Assembly: GCA_002104905.1 (NCBI GenBank)
Contig: MCFE01000474.1
Span: 1-64,000 of the forward strand
Source: Basidiobolus meristosporus CBS 931.73
Lineage: Eukaryota > Fungi > Basidiobolomycota
Direction of reading: 5' to 3'
DNA length: 64,000 nucleotides
In this document: positions 59,501-64,000 of the stretch, in pieces
How positions within the stretch are numbered: the stretch's first letter is position 1
Layout: every line of letters begins with the position of its first letter
The notes under the pieces: generated by a model
What the model was told of the DNA's origin: nothing
Database searches by the model: none
The model's input: only the letters and a program-made list of their open reading frames with translations
Made by a program: the position numbers and the translations under genes

Positions 59501-60084
59501 TGACTATGAACAACCCACTATTAAATTGGCTTTATGAGAATCTACAAGCTCATTTTGCATCGGTCTGCTCGTTGAGTGATAGCGATGGTTGCATGGACTG
59601 CAACATAGCATGGTAAGCTATATGGTTACTGCGAATTGCTTCCGGGGCGCTGTATATTTATCGAAGTAATATCAATATAAAACAAGTGCACCAAAATATC
59701 TGTCTCAATTTAAATCAGCTCTACAACGGTCTTCATCAATCGATTCCTCATGGCCCTATTTATGTCACTACCCACACGTCCCCTTAGTAACATGCACAAT
59801 CGCAGCGTGTCCTATTTTTGGTCGAAACAATATACAAAGATTTTCAACCTTAAATCCATTATTGTTGTGATGATGGTGTCGTACAAACAAATGTTGATCC
59901 AACACCGAACTGCACATGCACAGCATCATTCTTGTGTGCATGTTACCAGCGATCACAGGCAATACCACTTACAACATAACTCCATGCATCATCAATGCGA
60001 ACGGCGAATCCCATTGTACGATGTTTGATTAATTTCATGCAGTTTATCAAAATTGCAGCAAAAATATAAAATCATCATCCAGAG

Positions 60085-60578
60085 TTAATCAAAGTAGGCC
60101 ATCAGCTCAATCACCATATCTATCTCGGCCTGATCATGGCAGCTCCAGCTGGAATTCACAATGGCCAATACGGGGTCAATTCCACAATGCATGTCCTGGA
60201 ATAGGCCGCTGTCGCCACAGATCTCTCCCAGGAGATCGCCTTCTTCGCAGTCCATCACCTCCCACTCCGAGATGAGGGCGTTCAGTGAGTCGAAGAGCGC
60301 ATCCTGTGCACAGCTCAACTCTACAATGAGAAACAGAAACATTAGCAACCATTCGCAACTACAGGGGAGAATGGGTCGGTCCTACCATCAATCATGTGGA
60401 GAAGATTCTCCTCCTTCTTACCGGCTGTCAGAATCAAGATACGCTGGTAGTCATCTCCATGAATAGCCCCGTAGAAGCTAGTGTTCATCCTTGACGAAGC
60501 ACTGATCAAATTGGATACTTTTCTGATCAGACGCAAGCTGACAGTGGAGCGACGCTTAGTAGTACGAATGAAGTGCAT
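60085..60578 (-). CDS. Orphan 142-aa protein, copy A; exons 60578-60386, 60320-60085
   Basis: TATA-like ATAAATA about 40 bp upstream, CAACAACC-ATG context, 65-nt intron GTAGGA..GCTAAT..TAG, spliced frame open to TAA. Confidence 0.7.
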
Positions 60579-61960
60579 GGTTGTTGATGCTGTCCCAGTC
60601 ACCAAGCAGAGGATATTTATGGCACTTTGACAGCAACCGCTTAGCCGTTGAAAAAAGGTTTGTGATAGCATCGTACACTGGCATTATTATGCCTGAGGGT
60701 CAAAAGCGCAGCAGAGTCACTATGAAATCAGGAGATAAGCAGTCACCTGGTCAGGTAAGGGGTGAATTTTTAGATACAATAGCGCTACCTAATTATTAGT
60801 TGCGGATCCTGGAGTTGGTGCTCAACTCAGCATCAAACAAGTGTTCTTGGACGTTTTACAGTAGTGACAACGGAGTCAGATTGAGCTCAAGTTAATGTCC
60901 TCATACACATACGAGATACTGTATACGAAACTATACAGCTTGGTGTCTTTTCAGTATACCTTTCACGCTTTCTGTTTTAAATGGTCACCAGTTGAAGAAA
61001 CCATCTTAGCGAGAGAGCTATATGGGGATGCTTTATAAAAACAGCCTGAAGCCTTTTAGTTATCTAGAGTCTTTTGAGCATCAGCGGAGAGCACAAACGT
61101 AATACTGGACAAGTACGAACATAGAGCCTCGCTCAAAGTATCTGATAATCATAATATCAAGTATTCTGGGCTTTTTACCTTGAAATACACCAAATTATTG
61201 GTAGCTACTGGATCACTTGATACAAGCTGGTCGTATAACAATGGATTCCAGATAACAATAGAAGTGAGCTGTATCTAAGCTTTTGCCTCTTGTTCAACCA
61301 AGTGACTGCTTATCTCCTGATTTCATAGTGACTCTGCTGCGCTTTTGACCCTCAGGCATAATAATGCCAGTGTACGATGCTATCACAAACCTTTTTTCAA
61401 CGGCTAAGCGGTTGCTGTCAAAGTGCCATAAATATCCTCTGCTTGGTGACTGGGACAGCATCAACAACCATGCACTTCATTCGTACTACTAAGCGTCGCT
61501 CCACTGTCAGCTTGCGTCTGATCAGAAAAGTATCCAATTTGATCAGTGCTTCGTCAAGGATGAACACTAGCTTCTACGGGGCTATTCATGGAGATGACTA
61601 CCAGCGTATCTTGATTCTGACAGCCGGTAAGAAGGAGGAGAATCTTCTCCACATGATTGATGGTAGGACCGACCCATTCTCCCCTGTAGTTGCGAATGGT
61701 TGCTAATGTTTCTGTTTCTCATTGTAGAGTTGAGCTGTGCACAGGATGCGCTCTTCGACTCACTGAACGCCCTCATCTCGGAGTGGGAGGTGATGGACTG
61801 CGAAGAAGGCGATCTCCTGGGAGAGATCTGTGGCAACAACGGCCTATTACAGGACATACATTGTGGAATTGACCCCGTATTGGCCATTGTGAATTCCAGC
61901 TGGAGCTGCCATGATCAGGCTGAGATAGATATGGTGATTGAGCTGATGGCCAACTTTGAC
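60088..61960. repeat. Large inverted repeat: arms ~60088-60751 and ~61297-61960, spacer ~545 bp
   Basis: 60214-60746 is the exact reverse complement of 61302-61834 (533 bp); the outer ~130 bp carry 8 substitutions. Confidence 0.97.
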
Positions 61961-61963
61961 TGA
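61470..61963 (+). CDS. Orphan 142-aa protein, copy B; exons 61470-61662, 61728-61963
   Basis: Same structure as copy A; spliced product MHFIRTTKRR...LHMID/ELSCAQDALFDSL...IELMANFD. Confidence 0.7.
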
Positions 61964-62239
61964 ATCTGTAGTTATGAATTTTTGAAACTTTTGACCCTGT
62001 ACACTTGTCAATAAATCCGCTCCTTGCTAACAAAGGTAAAATCAAGATGTTTGTCTGCTAATCATCTCAACATGCTTGTAACATGATGTAGGCAGTTGGT
62101 GAATTTGGTTCATTATGCTTATTGCAATGAAAGATGACAATTGGAATGCAACTGGTCCAAAATGATTCTTTCCAGAGTATAAGCATATTCTTAACATAAA
62201 GCTCTCCAAGTGATATTAGTAGACTGAGAAACAGAATCA

Positions 62240-63400
62240 GTTAGCAACTAAATCCCAACAAGGAATCTGGTCAGAGATCTCAAAGTTTGTAAGGAAATGA
62301 TTCAAGTGACTAAGTTAGGTTAATTCCTAGGTGCAATTATGAGCTTTTTACAACACTCCCACTCATCTAAATACTCATATTAACTAGTCCCAACTGTGAT
62401 CTGAGATATTTAAACTTGTCTTTAGTTAATGGTCTGGTAGATATGTCTGCAATTGTTTAATCTCTGGGAGAGTAAACTAAATTAACTGAGCTCTTCTATA
62501 TAGCTTCCCATATGAGATGATATCAGATATCTGTGTGCTGTGCTCTAACATGAAAAGCTAGATTTCTACTTAATTGCATATTCCCTTGATTGTCTAGATT
62601 TAATCTAATAGAATCTTTTTAATATACTCCTAAATCTTCCAAGGGTTTCTTAAATATAATGAACTCTTTTGGTCAAACAGGCTGCCATATATTCTGCCTC
62701 TGTGGTGAAAAGTCCTACAGTGGGTTGCATTCTGGAATTCAATGAAATTGTCCCTTTAGAGTAGAGAATGGTGCATGTTATGGTGGATCATCTGTCTTCT
62801 AAGTTTTTCCCCAAGCATCATAAGAGTACTCCAAAAGATCTTGCTCTGAGTTCCTATTGGTGTACTGTAAGCAGAAACAAGCCTTTATTTTCTAATATCT
62901 CATAACTCATTTAACTGCTGCAATATGTGCATATCAATATTACTGATGAAGCTGGTTAATAGCTCCCACTGAATATATGATGCCTAGAAATGTTCCTTAC
63001 TTGATATATATTAAGCTGCTAGTCATAGACTGGTAACTGAAGCTTGGGCTCTTGGATGGCATCAAGTCTTTGTCATTTGGTTGAGTCCTGACCAAGTTAA
63101 GGTGCTTCTCCATTGGCATAGCTGCTTCTTTGCAGTCTTCCATTTGGTTTCCTTAAGTATATCTTGAGTTTTAGATTGCACACTTTAAATTACCTGGATA
63201 GGCTGGATTTAGTCTCTTCCAATGTTTTTGGGTTATTAATGGCTACAATAATAGAATCCAAGTACTGAGAAAATAGCACTGGATTTGCTCTATTGACATA
63301 TAGTAAATACTAAAGTGAACAATACTTCTGTGGAAACTTTGAGCATCTAGGGAGGCAGCTAAATTGCAATATCAGACTCTCTGTGTCATGTCCACATGAC
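62240..63400 (-). mobile_element. Decayed copia of the C2/C3 family: 3' LTR fragment, PPT, RNase H-RT (ends approximate)
   Basis: GTGACTAAGTTAGGT...TTTTACAACA-CTCCCACTC as at 33075-33130, then degenerate RNase H/RT colinear with 33130-34200. Confidence 0.8.
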
Positions 63401-64000
63401 ATTCATAACCTTTCATTACCTGGTCAAATCAAATTGGTGAAGAAATCCCAGTTCCTTATAGAAAGTTCTAGTACATTCTTAAAACTTCTTGAATACTCCA
63501 AGTCAACACTACACAATGAGATATTTTATGGAAGCCTCCCTCTGGAATTTGTGTAGCTCAGTACTATATATGATAATTGCATGTCACATGACCTAGTCAC
63601 ATGATCACCCAACTGTTTGCATATCCCCATGTGATTTTCTAGTCTGTTCTTTAGTATATTTCTATCTCAGCACACTGACTGTGCTTCATCCCAGAACCCT
63701 ATCAGTATTAACCAATAACTCTTGGCATCCATATTGCCAAAAAGTATATATAGCTCTATCCCCCCTTGTGTACTCCTCAGTCTGATAAACACAGGTCTTG
63801 AATAAACAGCCTTGCCTTCAAATCTGTCTAGCCTTGTTGATCCAAACCTAAGTCCTTTCCTGGTTCTGGGTTGCCTAGCCCTACTCCCCTCCCTTGTGTC
63901 TATTCCTAACAGGATCAGATCTGGAGAGTTGTGATTAATTACATCACCGCCATTCTTGACTACTCAAAATATTTTTTTCAATTTGGAAATATTAAAATCA

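Noticed and set aside
61090-61280. ~65-codon open frame in the palindrome spacer
   Set aside because: No start codon, no recognisable motif, and a length expected by chance.
1-64000. CRISPR arrays, rRNA or tRNA genes, prokaryotic operons
   Set aside because: No regularly spaced repeat-spacer array, rRNA-like segment or tRNA cloverleaf was seen; the gene structure is eukaryotic.

Overview
Eukaryotic DNA, inferred to be from an early-diverging (non-Dikarya) fungus: short 55-85 nt GT-AG introns with CTAAC/CTGAC branch points and a propionyl-CoA carboxylase pair. The window has three zones. (1) About 1-38,700 is a CpG-depleted block of nested transposons: Ty1/copia and Ty3/gypsy retroelements, solo LTRs, and a PHIS-superfamily DNA transposon family with ANT target duplications (one full-length copy with an intact CpG-free transposase, one decayed copy, MITEs). 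(2) About 38,700-62,000 is a CpG-rich gene island: secreted dipeptidyl-peptidase V, CTF18, a Pho80/Pcl-type cyclin, CKS1 (apparent 1-nt frameshift), divergent PCCB/PCCA, RPL37, mitochondrial uL30m and a homeodomain factor. It ends in a palindrome: two head-to-head copies of a spliced 142-aa orphan gene with 533 bp of perfect arm identity around a ~550-bp spacer. (3) From about 62,000 decayed copia sequence resumes. All calls come from reading the sequence by eye; no database searches were run, and ends marked approximate are estimates.
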